Shown here one piece after another: positions 10,088-18,878 of a stretch of 27,812 nt of DNA (its first letter is position 1; the number at the start of each line of letters is the position of its first letter). The position numbers were made by a program, and so were the translations under genes. The DNA is from an uncultured bacterium (GTDB taxonomy: Bacteria; Hydrogenedentota; Hydrogenedentia; Hydrogenedentales; JAEUWI01): NCBI GenBank assembly GCA_963977445.1, contig CAXBPH010000072.1, forward strand, positions 1 through 27,812. Reading direction: 5' to 3'. The notes beneath the pieces were generated by a model. That model was not told the origin of the DNA. It saw only the letters and a program-made list of their open reading frames with translations, and ran no database searches.

Positions 10088-10196
10088 TATCAACGACTTA
10101 CGCACATCGCGTAGGTCGTTTTTTCTGTTTATTGGGAAAATGATGCAAAAATGATGCACTAAAACCGGCCCAAAAATACCCTCGATTTGCATCATT
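10088..10196. promoter_or_regulatory. att-arm-like region: IHF consensus site, tRNA terminator hairpin and candidate integrase arm-type sites
   Basis: TATCAA-CGAC-TTA (10088-10100) matches WATCAANNNNTTR exactly. Hairpin AACGACTTACGC/GCGTAGGTCGTT is followed by a T-run. Direct repeat AAAATGATGCA x2 (10137-10158) and inverted copy TTTGCATCATT (10186-10196). Confidence 0.6.
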
Positions 10197-10326
10197 AAAT
10201 AGTCACCTCCTCTCTAAGTCATTCTTATACATCATCTTATTATGCTTTGACCACGTGTATTATTGTGTTTTGGTGCTATTAGGTGTAGAATGGCGTCGTG
10301 TTAAAACTGAAGGGACGTATGCAACC

Positions 10327-11496
10327 ATGGCGACCATTATTGAACGCAAGACCAAGACCGGTAAGAAACGTTTCACCGTCCAAATACGTATGAAGGGTGC
10401 TAAACCCCTCATTAAGACGTTCCACACTAAGGGGGAGGCTCAAGCGTACATTCAGGACAAGGAAAGCGACATCCGCCACGGGCGCCACTTCCCGGCCCAA
10501 GAGGCAGAGCGACGCACCCTGGGCGAACTGATAGATCGCTACATTGAAACCGTCCTGCCCCAGAAAAGTGAATCAACCCGCTACGGGCAGACTATCCAGC
10601 TGGCCTACTGGCGGCGGGAATTGGGCTACAAGACACTATCGGCACTCACGGCCCCCACCATCGCCGATGAACGCGACAAGCTGTTAATAGGCACCACACA
10701 GCGGAAGGTGGGCGGCAAGCTGGACCGCAAGACTCGAAGCAAAGGCAAGTCGGCAAGCGAGGATATTGAATGCAAACAGCGGACCCCGGCTACAGTGGCC
10801 CGCTATCTGGCTATCCTGTCCCATTGCCTGAGCTACGGCCAACGGGAATTAGGCTGGATTCAAGACAACCCGTGCCGAAACGTGAGTAAACCCAAGGAAC
10901 CCCGTGGGCGGGTTCGCGTACTCGACGAAGACGAAAAGAAACGATTATTGGATGCGTGTAAGGAATCCCAAAACCCCCACTTGTATGATTTCGTCATTCT
11001 TCTACTGAGCACGGCGGCACGTAAAAATGAGATTTTGCAACTGAGCTGGAAGGACGTAGACTTTGACCGCCGTGTCATCGTGTTGGACAAGACCAAGAAC
11101 GGTGACCGACGCGTGCTTCCCCTCCGTGGCGAAGCGGAACGACTTCTAAAGGTACGGTCAAAGATACGACGGCTGGACACGGCCTACATATTCCCCGGTC
11201 CGCGCCGTCACGGACAGGAAACCAAGCCCGTACACATTCAATCCGCATGGGATTGGGCGCTGGAACGTGCAAAGATTACAGACTTCCGAATGCACGACAC
11301 CCGGCACACGGCGGCTAGTGCCATGGCGATGGCGGGTGCGTCTTTGCCGGAACTGGCGGCGCTATTGGGACACCGTCAGTTGGCTATGGTACAACGGTAC
11401 GCGCATTTCTGTGAAGGCCACGGAGGCGAATTGGTAGAGCGGATGAACGCCGCCATGTTCGATGTGAAAATGGTTAGCGATGCGGAAGAAAAGTGA
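10327..11496 (+). CDS. Tyrosine recombinase / phage-type integrase
   Basis: Catalytic residues in order: R (LSTAARKNEI), K (KTKNG), HxxR (MHDTRHT), H (LLGH), Y (VQRYAH). N-terminal arm-binding-like domain MATIIERKTKTGKKRFTVQIR. ATG 10327 is preferred over the ORF-track start at 10255. Confidence 0.95.
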   Translation: MATIIERKTKTGKKRFTVQIRMKGAKPLIKTFHTKGEAQAYIQDKESDIRHGRHFPAQEAERRTLGELIDRYIETVLPQKSESTRYGQTIQLAYWRRELGYKTLSALTAPTIADERDKLLIGTTQRKVGGKLDRKTRSKGKSASEDIECKQRTPATVARYLAILSHCLSYGQRELGWIQDNPCRNVSKPKEPRGRVRVLDEDEKKRLLDACKESQNPHLYDFVILLLSTAARKNEILQLSWKDVDFDRRVIVLDKTKNGDRRVLPLRGEAERLLKVRSKIRRLDTAYIFPGPRRHGQETKPVHIQSAWDWALERAKITDFRMHDTRHTAASAMAMAGASLPELAALLGHRQLAMVQRYAHFCEGHGGELVERMNAAMFDVKMVSDAEEK

Positions 11497-11619
11497 GGAC
11501 CGCCACATGGCGAGATGTTTGATTCTTGGTAGGCCTCACCTACTTTCAACGTTTTGATGGGTTGCACCGAACATATAAATGAACGAAAAACCAACCACCA
11601 CCACAGGAGACCGGAATAC

Positions 11620-11853
11620 ATGACCACAGCAACCCCCGAATCTAACCGCCGACTAATAACCATCGACGCATGGCCAGACTTTCACCCGTGGCCCACTGCC
11701 AATGGCCTACGCTTCTACGTGAAGCACCGCCACACAAACGGACTGGACAAGCACGGCGCAGTGCTGCGCGTTGGCCGTCGAATCCTCATCGATTCAGACC
11801 GATTTCACAAATGGATCGACGCGCAGAACGGCATCGAGGACGGCAAGCCCTGA
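11620..11853 (+). CDS. Small DNA-binding protein, probable excisionase / recombination directionality factor
   Basis: 77 aa with RBS CAGGAGA upstream. WPTANGLRFYV...NGLDKHGAVLRVGRRILIDSDRFHKWI resembles the winged-helix Xis/AlpA-like proteins that follow integrases. Confidence 0.65.
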   Translation: MTTATPESNRRLITIDAWPDFHPWPTANGLRFYVKHRHTNGLDKHGAVLRVGRRILIDSDRFHKWIDAQNGIEDGKP

Positions 11854-11988
11854 CCCGATCAAAAACCTTAGCTTGCACCAAAACTAAGGATATGGGCTAG
11901 GCCGACGGGCCATTGTTCACCGGCTGGTCTGGGAGTCATCCCCCGGAGCCAGCCGGTGGACGCCCTCCACCGACAAGGATGACGGACC

Positions 11989-13413
11989 GTGGAACCAAGA
12001 AGTAAGCGCATACGCGGCGACCGCCCCCCGGACCGTAATGCTCGCCGCCGTGCGTTACACGCACCAAACCTCCGGGACCGTGAGAGCCGCTGTTTTGCCA
12101 TCTATGAGTTGAGTGGTGAGTTTGTGCGGTTTGTTGATGAGGAAGTCCTCCCACTGGTGGACTTGCCCGGCTACAAGCGGACGGAAAAGCAGATCATACT
12201 ACGCCACGCCACCCACAACCTCATCCTTACCGGGTTGGCGGGCCGTGTGGTGGCCGATGGCCGCAATTGCCGTGACAAGGGCGTGCGCCTACGGGTGGGC
12301 GTTTGGGATGCACTGGTCAAGGCAGGTTTTGCGGAATTGCACCGGGGCAGTGAACTATCCGGGAAAACAACACGGTACGCCGCCACCAAGAAACTCTTGA
12401 TCCTGCGCCATCAATGGGAATTACAGATGCTTGAAGGTATCGAACTATTTAGAAACTCCGAACTTTCTTCCCCCACGCACCGGGCTTTGGTCTATCTTCA
12501 CACTGGCAAGGTGGACCTTTTCACCGGGGACCCGTTGCCGGATGAGGAAAAACGGAAACCTGTAAGTTTTCTGGACCACCTTGCCAAGGTGGCGCAACCG
12601 GGGCCGGACGGTAAAGCGGACCCACGGGCTATCCAAAATGGGCTTGACTACTTCAAGGCCAAGGAGGACACCATTGAAAGTATTAACGCCAACAACCTCA
12701 CGCACGGGTGGGCGGCAACTTGCACACACCCGGACGGGACCACGACCACGTTCCAACCAAACGTGTGCCTCCGGCAGATTCATGTAGGGGGTTTTTTCCA
12801 AGCGGCCCGTCTCTACAGTTTTGGGGAGCTATCCGGCCAAAACCTGCCCAAGGAGGTACGGCGCACCATGTTGATCGATGGGGAGAAGGTGGCGGAGTTA
12901 GATTACAGCGGTATGCACCCACGGATGCTGTACCACCGTGAACGGTGCAACCCATCCGGGGACATTTACCAACCGGAGTTGGTTTTACCGGGCTGTGCCA
13001 CCGCTCCCGGCGTCCGGGGGCTTATCAAGCAGGCCACCAACATTTGCTTGAACTGCCGGAGCCGGAGAGCCGCCCATTCATCCATAAACAAGAAGCTACT
13101 CGACCATGGTGATTTGGGCCGCATGATGCTCCAAGAGGCGGGGGGCGTGATCGGACTCGTTAAGCGTCTGGAGGAAGCCCACGCCACCATCTTCATGCAC
13201 TTTTTTACCGGCGTTGGCATGGAACTAATGACGGAGGACGGCAAGATCATGATGGCCGTCATGCGGGCCTTCCGGGACGCGGGCAAGCCCGCCTTGCCCA
13301 TCCATGATAGCGTGGTGTGCCGGGTAAGTGACGCACGGTTTGCACGGGCCACAATGGTGGAGACATACCGCCAAGGACAGAGGTACACACCGGAGATTCA
13401 CCGGAAATTCTAG
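11989..13413 (+). CDS. Divergent family-A-fold nucleic-acid polymerase-like protein (TV-Pol-like candidate)
   Basis: C-terminal half has RLYS...QNLPKEVR, motif A-like VAELDYSGMHPRMLY (Asp codon at 12901), DIY, motif B-like RGLIKQATN and motif C-like ALPIHDSVV (His codon at 13303), in PolA order. No recognisable exonuclease or helicase domain. Confidence 0.6.
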   Translation: MEPRSKRIRGDRPPDRNARRRALHAPNLRDRESRCFAIYELSGEFVRFVDEEVLPLVDLPGYKRTEKQIILRHATHNLILTGLAGRVVADGRNCRDKGVRLRVGVWDALVKAGFAELHRGSELSGKTTRYAATKKLLILRHQWELQMLEGIELFRNSELSSPTHRALVYLHTGKVDLFTGDPLPDEEKRKPVSFLDHLAKVAQPGPDGKADPRAIQNGLDYFKAKEDTIESINANNLTHGWAATCTHPDGTTTTFQPNVCLRQIHVGGFFQAARLYSFGELSGQNLPKEVRRTMLIDGEKVAELDYSGMHPRMLYHRERCNPSGDIYQPELVLPGCATAPGVRGLIKQATNICLNCRSRRAAHSSINKKLLDHGDLGRMMLQEAGGVIGLVKRLEEAHATIFMHFFTGVGMELMTEDGKIMMAVMRAFRDAGKPALPIHDSVVCRVSDARFARATMVETYRQGQRYTPEIHRKF

Positions 13414-13625
13414 GCAGTATCGGGACTGGAAAAAGTGGGTTTTTCGGTCTGTTTTGGTCCGTTTTTTGGGTGTTTTTTATAGCCTTGTAAAGTGCTGGAA
13501 TCACAAGACTTACACCAATATGCATTGGTAGATGCCCCCCCCTCCCCCCCCGCCTTCCCTCCTCCTCCTCCATTTGGAGGCCCCCGGCCCCCCATCTCCA
13601 AGACACCATCCCGGCCCCGGAGGCC

Positions 13626-13889
13626 TTAAAATATCCGTTGTTTGATCGTCCCGTCTTCCATCTCATGGGGTGGCTCTTCCGGACGTGGTACGTATTCAAG
13701 GATCGTAGCCCCCAACTCTTCCTCCATGTATTGGGCATACGTGCCGTCAATGTCCGGACCGTACCCGCCCGCAATGGATACCATTTCCGCCGCACCCTCT
13801 TCTATCAACCGGACCGTGGCCGGGGCCCCCTTGATGAAGACACCACGCACAATTTTGAATTCCTCCCCATTTAGTTCTAACCGTACCAT
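13626..13889 (-). CDS. Hypothetical acidic protein, 87 aa
   Basis: Strong RBS GAAAGGAGG 7 nt before ATG 13889 on the minus strand; protein-like composition (MVRLELNGEEFKIVRG...). Confidence 0.6.
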   Translation of the reverse strand: MVRLELNGEEFKIVRGVFIKGAPATVRLIEEGAAEMVSIAGGYGPDIDGTYAQYMEEELGATILEYVPRPEEPPHEMEDGTIKQRIF

Positions 13890-13997
13890 CTCAAGACCTC
13901 CTTTCCGATTAAATGATAGCATCGTTCTCCGGAAGCCGGAGAAAAAGATCGAAACTAATCCCACCGATAGGACCCCCACAGGTTACCACCCAAAACA

Positions 13998-14040
13998 CCA
14001 CCCGGCATTCAGGCCCCACCCGGCATTCAGGCCCCACCCG
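13998..14040 (+). repeat. 18-bp tandem direct repeat, about 2.4 copies
   Basis: CCACCCGGCATTCAGGCC at 13998-14015 and 14016-14033, plus partial CCACCCG at 14034-14040. Confidence 0.9.
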
Positions 14041-14369
14041 CCCGGACATTGGGAACGCGGGAACACCGCACCCACCGGGAAGTCCCGCACCCGGCCACCG
14101 ACACCACAAAGCCTCCATAAGCCCCTGGAAGCCTCCTGGACCAAAAGTACACCGGAGAGACTCCCCAGCCACTCCCGACTTGAACCGCTGTTTGAGGCCG
14201 GAATTGACTCCCCGTCAGCCTGCATGCAGACCTACCTGAAAGGATTACACCATGGACACCACACCGAACTACGTCTGCACTTCCAGAAGCTTTGGAATGC
14301 GCATGGAACGATGACCTAATAGACGGCCCGTACCATACCGCCGTAATTCCACCAAAAGGAGAGTAATCC

Positions 14370-14603
14370 ATGGAAAAGATCATCTACACAACCGTTTACC
14401 ACGGGGGATCGTATGGTAAAGAGGGGGAGGCCGGACCGGAAACGAAAGATCCGTGGAAACTGGCGGAAATCACCTTGGAAGGAAACGACCAGTGCCTCAC
14501 CGCCACCGCCCCGGACGGCACCTGGAAGAGGTACAAATTCATTGGATCAACTACCCGGCGGTTAATAGCCATTGAGAAAACCACTTCATCGATTTTCGAT
14601 TGA
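14370..14603 (+). CDS. Hypothetical protein, 77 aa
   Basis: RBS AAAGGAGAG just upstream of the ATG, and an intrinsic terminator directly after the stop. Confidence 0.6.
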   Translation: MEKIIYTTVYHGGSYGKEGEAGPETKDPWKLAEITLEGNDQCLTATAPDGTWKRYKFIGSTTRRLIAIEKTTSSIFD

Positions 14604-14608
14604 CACCC

Positions 14609-14644
14609 GCCCTGGACCCGCACAAAACGGTCCAGGGCTTTTCT
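14609..14644 (+). terminator. Rho-independent terminator
   Basis: 10-bp stem GCCCTGGACC / GGTCCAGGGC, 10-nt loop, then TTTTCT. Confidence 0.7.
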
Positions 14645-15910
14645 ATGCCTGTCGTTTTCTACGTAACATTTGTAACACCCACTCGCCAAGGAAAATCGAA
14701 CTATGGTGAGGGAGAAAACCACCATGAAGACCGAAGTCAGGCCCGCCCGCCTTCACTGATAGTATATAGATGACCTATTGGGTCCCGTGCAGTTGCATAA
14801 GATGATAATATCCGAAACTAAGATTGATCTAGGGGAGTTTAGGTACATCGGGCAATACAGGTAGAAGCTGGTACCACGGGGTGGCAGAATGCTCAAAATA
14901 CAACGCGTAATCATTACCCCACCACCATCGCCCGGTTCCAAGTTATGGATCATGTATGGGAAGTTTTGGGATGAGGCCGGTGCCCCACGACTACGCAACC
15001 TAGTTATACCGTCCTCCCGGCCAACACGCTGTTAAGCCCCCAACGCACGAGCCAAGTAGGCCCCGAAATCCAGCCTGCGAGGCGGGCACGCCACGGTAAG
15101 CTACTGATAATTTTGGGATAGGTGGATACGGTAAAGACGATGTCTTTTACTAGCCACCACGGTCACCAATGTTACGCTCCCGGCATCAAACGCAATGTGC
15201 GGGACTACATGGGCTTTAATGCGGATGCCATAAAACTCAAACCGCAACAACGAATGGCCAAACGAATCAAGCACGGGGCCATCATCAATATAAGCTTATC
15301 CGTCGGGATCCCGGAGTTTGCGTAGGCTTACCCGGAGTGGCTTGAGAACCCCACCCGGCACCGTTGGTGTGCGATCTTGCGGACACATCCACATTTCAAC
15401 CTTTGGCCACTAGTGACCAGGCACACTGGTATCTACGTTGGTGACAAGATACTGACCGCGATATACCCCCTGCCCAACAATCACCGCAGAGCGTGATAGA
15501 CGCTATTGTGTGGGGCGGCAGTGATTGGGGCAACATGACAACGTCAAGAACTTTCAAGAGTTCTCTGAGGACGCAGAGCGGGCACGGTGGGCTGGGGCAA
15601 AAACGCAACCCCATAAACCGCTGTTGGGGCCATCAAAACTGTTCACTGCCGTCCTGCCCAAAAAAAGATCGCGCACCATAACCCATTGTTATGAATTGAG
15701 TTGTGATTTTACACCCCCAAGAGAAGACGATCGTAACTCGCGCTCAGGCCGAATATATAGGTAGTGGGAGTGTTTTCCCGCGCACCGCATGGTCGGACTG
15801 TGAACAATTAATCTTCACGGGATGTGGCGGTCTAGGCATAGGCCAGTCACCTACGCACAGTTAGAAGGTACGTGATTGGGAACGAGTAAACCACGGAAAG
15901 GAACAGGTAG

Positions 15911-16300
15911 ATGAACACAAAACGGAATGCCCCAAATGGTATTGAAGACTTCGGGTCAAAACCAAGCAAAAGCTCTCCCGAGGCAGCCGCTCTTTGGGCC
16001 TATGGGAAGCGACAAAATTTTCTGAGCGGCACCGATCCCCTAGAGCTACTGCTGGCACACCTGGGCACAAAGAAGGATAGCGATATTGTCAGATTATTGT
16101 GGGGCAAGACCAGCGCGACTATAGACGAACTTTGGGATCTCACCGAGGAAGAACCCCTAACGACCGACGCCTTGCGAAAGAGAATAGAGCGGTTAAATAT
16201 ACTATTTGTCCAAGCGAAGTTGCCCTTAAGAATCCACAAGGCCCGTGGCAGAGCGAGCAGGCTTGGCAAGCAGAGCGTCTGGCTGGACGTTTGCGCCTAA
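15911..16300 (+). CDS. Hypothetical protein, possible winged-helix DNA-binding domain
   Basis: 129 aa with a purine-rich upstream sequence (GGAAAGGAACAGG). DIVRLLWGKTSATIDELWD...TTDALRKRIERLN...LRIHK resembles an OmpR/PhoB-type wHTH pattern (by eye only). Confidence 0.5.
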   Translation: MNTKRNAPNGIEDFGSKPSKSSPEAAALWAYGKRQNFLSGTDPLELLLAHLGTKKDSDIVRLLWGKTSATIDELWDLTEEEPLTTDALRKRIERLNILFVQAKLPLRIHKARGRASRLGKQSVWLDVCA

Positions 16301-16426
16301 CCCACCTCTCCAATAGGACAGATTCTGTCCTGAATCGGTGTCAAAAAAATTTGTATCATTAACCTCGTTAAGACCCACGCGTGTGGGTCACCTAACAAAT
16401 CTGGAAACAACCAAAGGAGAATTGGA

Positions 16427-16906
16427 ATGAACGAACCGACAACGTGTACCCGTGACGAGATAATCGCAAATAGGCGAAAAGATCTTAAAGAAGCCGGACC
16501 CAGCAAAGCATTATCGTATTTTCTGAAAACAAATGAAAAAGAAAAGCGCGAAGTTGCAGAGAGCGATTGCGAGTTCCTGGGCGGCGGCGGCTTGGGATTG
16601 AATGTTACTCTGCATATGGCAGCACAGAAAGACGCGGAAGAACTCTTCAACCAGCACAACCTGCCTCCGTTGGAAGACGCCATTCTCGAATGCCACACAG
16701 TAATCCTGGCCGCCGCAATCGGGGATTCCGCGCTACGAGCCTACTTTCGCCACCTGCTTGTAGAGCTCTTCGACTGGTGCGATGAACTCGATGGTATGAT
16801 TGATGTCCTGACAGAGATGCACAACAGTCGTGTCGAGATGCCCGTCGACCAGACGCCGGCGTACCTCGAATCGTGGTGGGAAGATTTAGCACCTGTGGCC
16901 AGCTAA
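16427..16906 (+). CDS. Hypothetical acidic, helical protein, 159 aa
   Basis: RBS AAAGGAGA upstream of the ATG; open frame with normal composition; no family recognised. Confidence 0.6.
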   Translation: MNEPTTCTRDEIIANRRKDLKEAGPSKALSYFLKTNEKEKREVAESDCEFLGGGGLGLNVTLHMAAQKDAEELFNQHNLPPLEDAILECHTVILAAAIGDSALRAYFRHLLVELFDWCDELDGMIDVLTEMHNSRVEMPVDQTPAYLESWWEDLAPVAS

Positions 16907-17127
16907 TGGGACGTCTTGGTGAACGTGTGCTGAAGGGCGTCGAAAAGCTTGTGACGTTCCTTTGGACTACCCGCGCCTCCTGCATACGCACGCGGTCCCC
17001 AGTGTGCCAAATAGGGTGGTAGCCGCCAATATCGCCTAAAGCACACGATTTCCTGACATTCCTCTGCTTGCGGTATGTGTTGTTTGGGGTGTACCCTATA
17101 TGGAACATAATAAATAGGAGAAAAGCT

Positions 17128-17724
17128 ATGAAAAAAATAGCGGTTTATATCCGCGTTTCCACCACCGGCCAAAACGAAGAGGGCCAACGTGCGGCCATAA
17201 CGAAATGGCTTACCGCGCATGGCCACGCCCCCGACACCACGTCGTGGTACGTGGATAAGCATACGGCCACGACAATGGCCCGTCCCGCGTTGGACAAACT
17301 ACAAGCGGCCATCTTTGCGGGTAGCCATGCAACAGTGGTGACGTGGCGGCTGGACCGTTTGTCACGCAATATGCGCGACGGTATCAACCTACTTGCCGAA
17401 TGGTGTGATGCCGGGGTGCGGGTTGTATCCATCACCCAGCAAATTGACTTGTCTGGTGTAATGGGCAAGATGATTGCCAACATATTGTTTGGCCTGGCCG
17501 AAATGGAATTGGAGGCAATGAAGGAGCGGCAGCGCGCGGGCATCGATGTGGCGAAGAAGCACGGCGTTTACAAGGGCCGCATGCCCGGCACCACCAAGGC
17601 GAAGCCCGAACGCGCCAAGAAGCTACGTGACAAGGGCCTTAAACAGCACGAGATAGCGGCGGCCTTGGGCATATCACGCACCACCGTCAATCGTTACCTG
17701 AGAGATACCGGGCAGTCGGCCTAG
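17128..17724 (+). CDS. Small serine recombinase (resolvase/invertase family) with C-terminal HTH
   Basis: YIRVST (catalytic Ser), RPAL, VTWRLDRLSRN, AEMELEAMKERQRAGI..AK..G.YKGR, HTH QHEIAAALGISRTTVNRYL. RBS TAGGAG before ATG 17128. Confidence 0.95.
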   Translation: MKKIAVYIRVSTTGQNEEGQRAAITKWLTAHGHAPDTTSWYVDKHTATTMARPALDKLQAAIFAGSHATVVTWRLDRLSRNMRDGINLLAEWCDAGVRVVSITQQIDLSGVMGKMIANILFGLAEMELEAMKERQRAGIDVAKKHGVYKGRMPGTTKAKPERAKKLRDKGLKQHEIAAALGISRTTVNRYLRDTGQSA

Positions 17725-17807
17725 TAAGAAACATAGACGGACCTTGACCGCGCTTTTTTCGCGCAGTATTTCTTGCGATCAAATGATCACCATATATTCC
17801 AGAGCTT

Positions 17808-18878
17808 CTACACAAGCCCCAACTTATCAATATGCGGCTTTAGCGCCCGCTGGAACAAAACCATATCGCTGACCATCGTCTTGCTCAATTTACTAATTTC
17901 GACGTCACTACTCGCAAACCCGCCCTTCGTATACGTTCTCTCGATACGCCCCACGTCATTGTTTGCACCGATTAACTCCCACACGAGGCTTCCACCAAGA
18001 TCCCGCTCAACCTGCGTCTTGTGTCGCTCCAGCTGTTCTAGTGACTGCCGACTCAACGCGGCTCCCTTTTGGATGATGAGCTCGATGGTGGATGTATTCT
18101 TGGTCCTTGCTACGAATCGATAGCTGACTCCCCCGATGCCTGTTTCAATTCGTATATATTTTGTGTATTTGTCTTTCCTGTTTATGGTCAACTCGTTCGT
18201 CCTATCGATCTCCTCCAGCAGGATCGCCCAGAAACGATCCCGCAATTTGTCCGCCGGGCTGCTTCCCCCACTCTGTCCGTGAATCCCGACACCACCCGTG
18301 TTGTTATTTTCCATGAGGCTTGGTTCAACGACCGACCTTAGATCCGCGCCTCTATCGGGGAGCTTGCTTCTGCCTGGAAGTAGCGCATTCTTGGCCCGCT
18401 CCGATTCCAGGTTGGTTTCGATAGAAGCCAAGATTGCCTGAGATAAATTCTCGCCGGCCCTCGCCCAAAGCCCGTCGAAGTAATCGTGACATTGGCCAAC
18501 GATGGACGGCTTCTCGGAGAGAAACCCAAATTCCAGGTTACGATGCATCGCCGATTCGGTCAAATTGGCCGACGCGACAATGACCCGCCTTTCGTCAAAA
18601 ATATACAGCTTTGAATGCAGGTTCTTTATTCCACGAATCTGCGCGCCCGTATTCAAGAGCCAAAGCAGTGCCTCGGTATCGCTGACTCCATTGTAGAAGT
18701 CTTCCTCGTTGAACCGAGTGAGGACTTGAAACTCGCCTACTGAAGAATCCTTGAACGCCCTCTCCACAGCCCCTCGCTTGATGAACGGACACATGATCTT
18801 AATGGTCTCCGTGGCCATCGCGCAGGATTCCGCCAGCACATGCTCCCAATCTGAATCGATTACCATCAAATCCGCCAC
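17808..18878 (-). CDS. PLD-superfamily (single HKD) nuclease domain fused to a DUF4268-like C-terminal domain; candidate restriction/defence protein
   Basis: IMCPFIK, LHSKLYIFDERRVIVASANLT...NLEFG is the HxK-x4-D...SxN nuclease motif. The C-terminal DRFWAILLE...LEQLERHKTQVERDLGGSLVWEL resembles DUF4268. Start placed at GTG 18878 (RBS GAGGGAG); the ORF track extends to 18998. Confidence 0.75.
   Translation of the reverse strand: MADLMVIDSDWEHVLAESCAMATETIKIMCPFIKRGAVERAFKDSSVGEFQVLTRFNEEDFYNGVSDTEALLWLLNTGAQIRGIKNLHSKLYIFDERRVIVASANLTESAMHRNLEFGFLSEKPSIVGQCHDYFDGLWARAGENLSQAILASIETNLESERAKNALLPGRSKLPDRGADLRSVVEPSLMENNNTGGVGIHGQSGGSSPADKLRDRFWAILLEEIDRTNELTINRKDKYTKYIRIETGIGGVSYRFVARTKNTSTIELIIQKGAALSRQSLEQLERHKTQVERDLGGSLVWELIGANNDVGRIERTYTKGGFASSDVEISKLSKTMVSDMVLFQRALKPHIDKLGLV

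Noticed and set aside
11989..13413. Reverse transcriptase (retron, DGR or Abi type)
   Set aside because: No YxDD motif or RT domain signatures; the motifs match the family-A pattern (DYS...HD).
13642..14319. 225-aa plus-strand ORF spanning the 18-bp repeat
   Set aside because: Pro/His-rich low-complexity translation that overlaps a better-supported minus-strand gene with a strong RBS.
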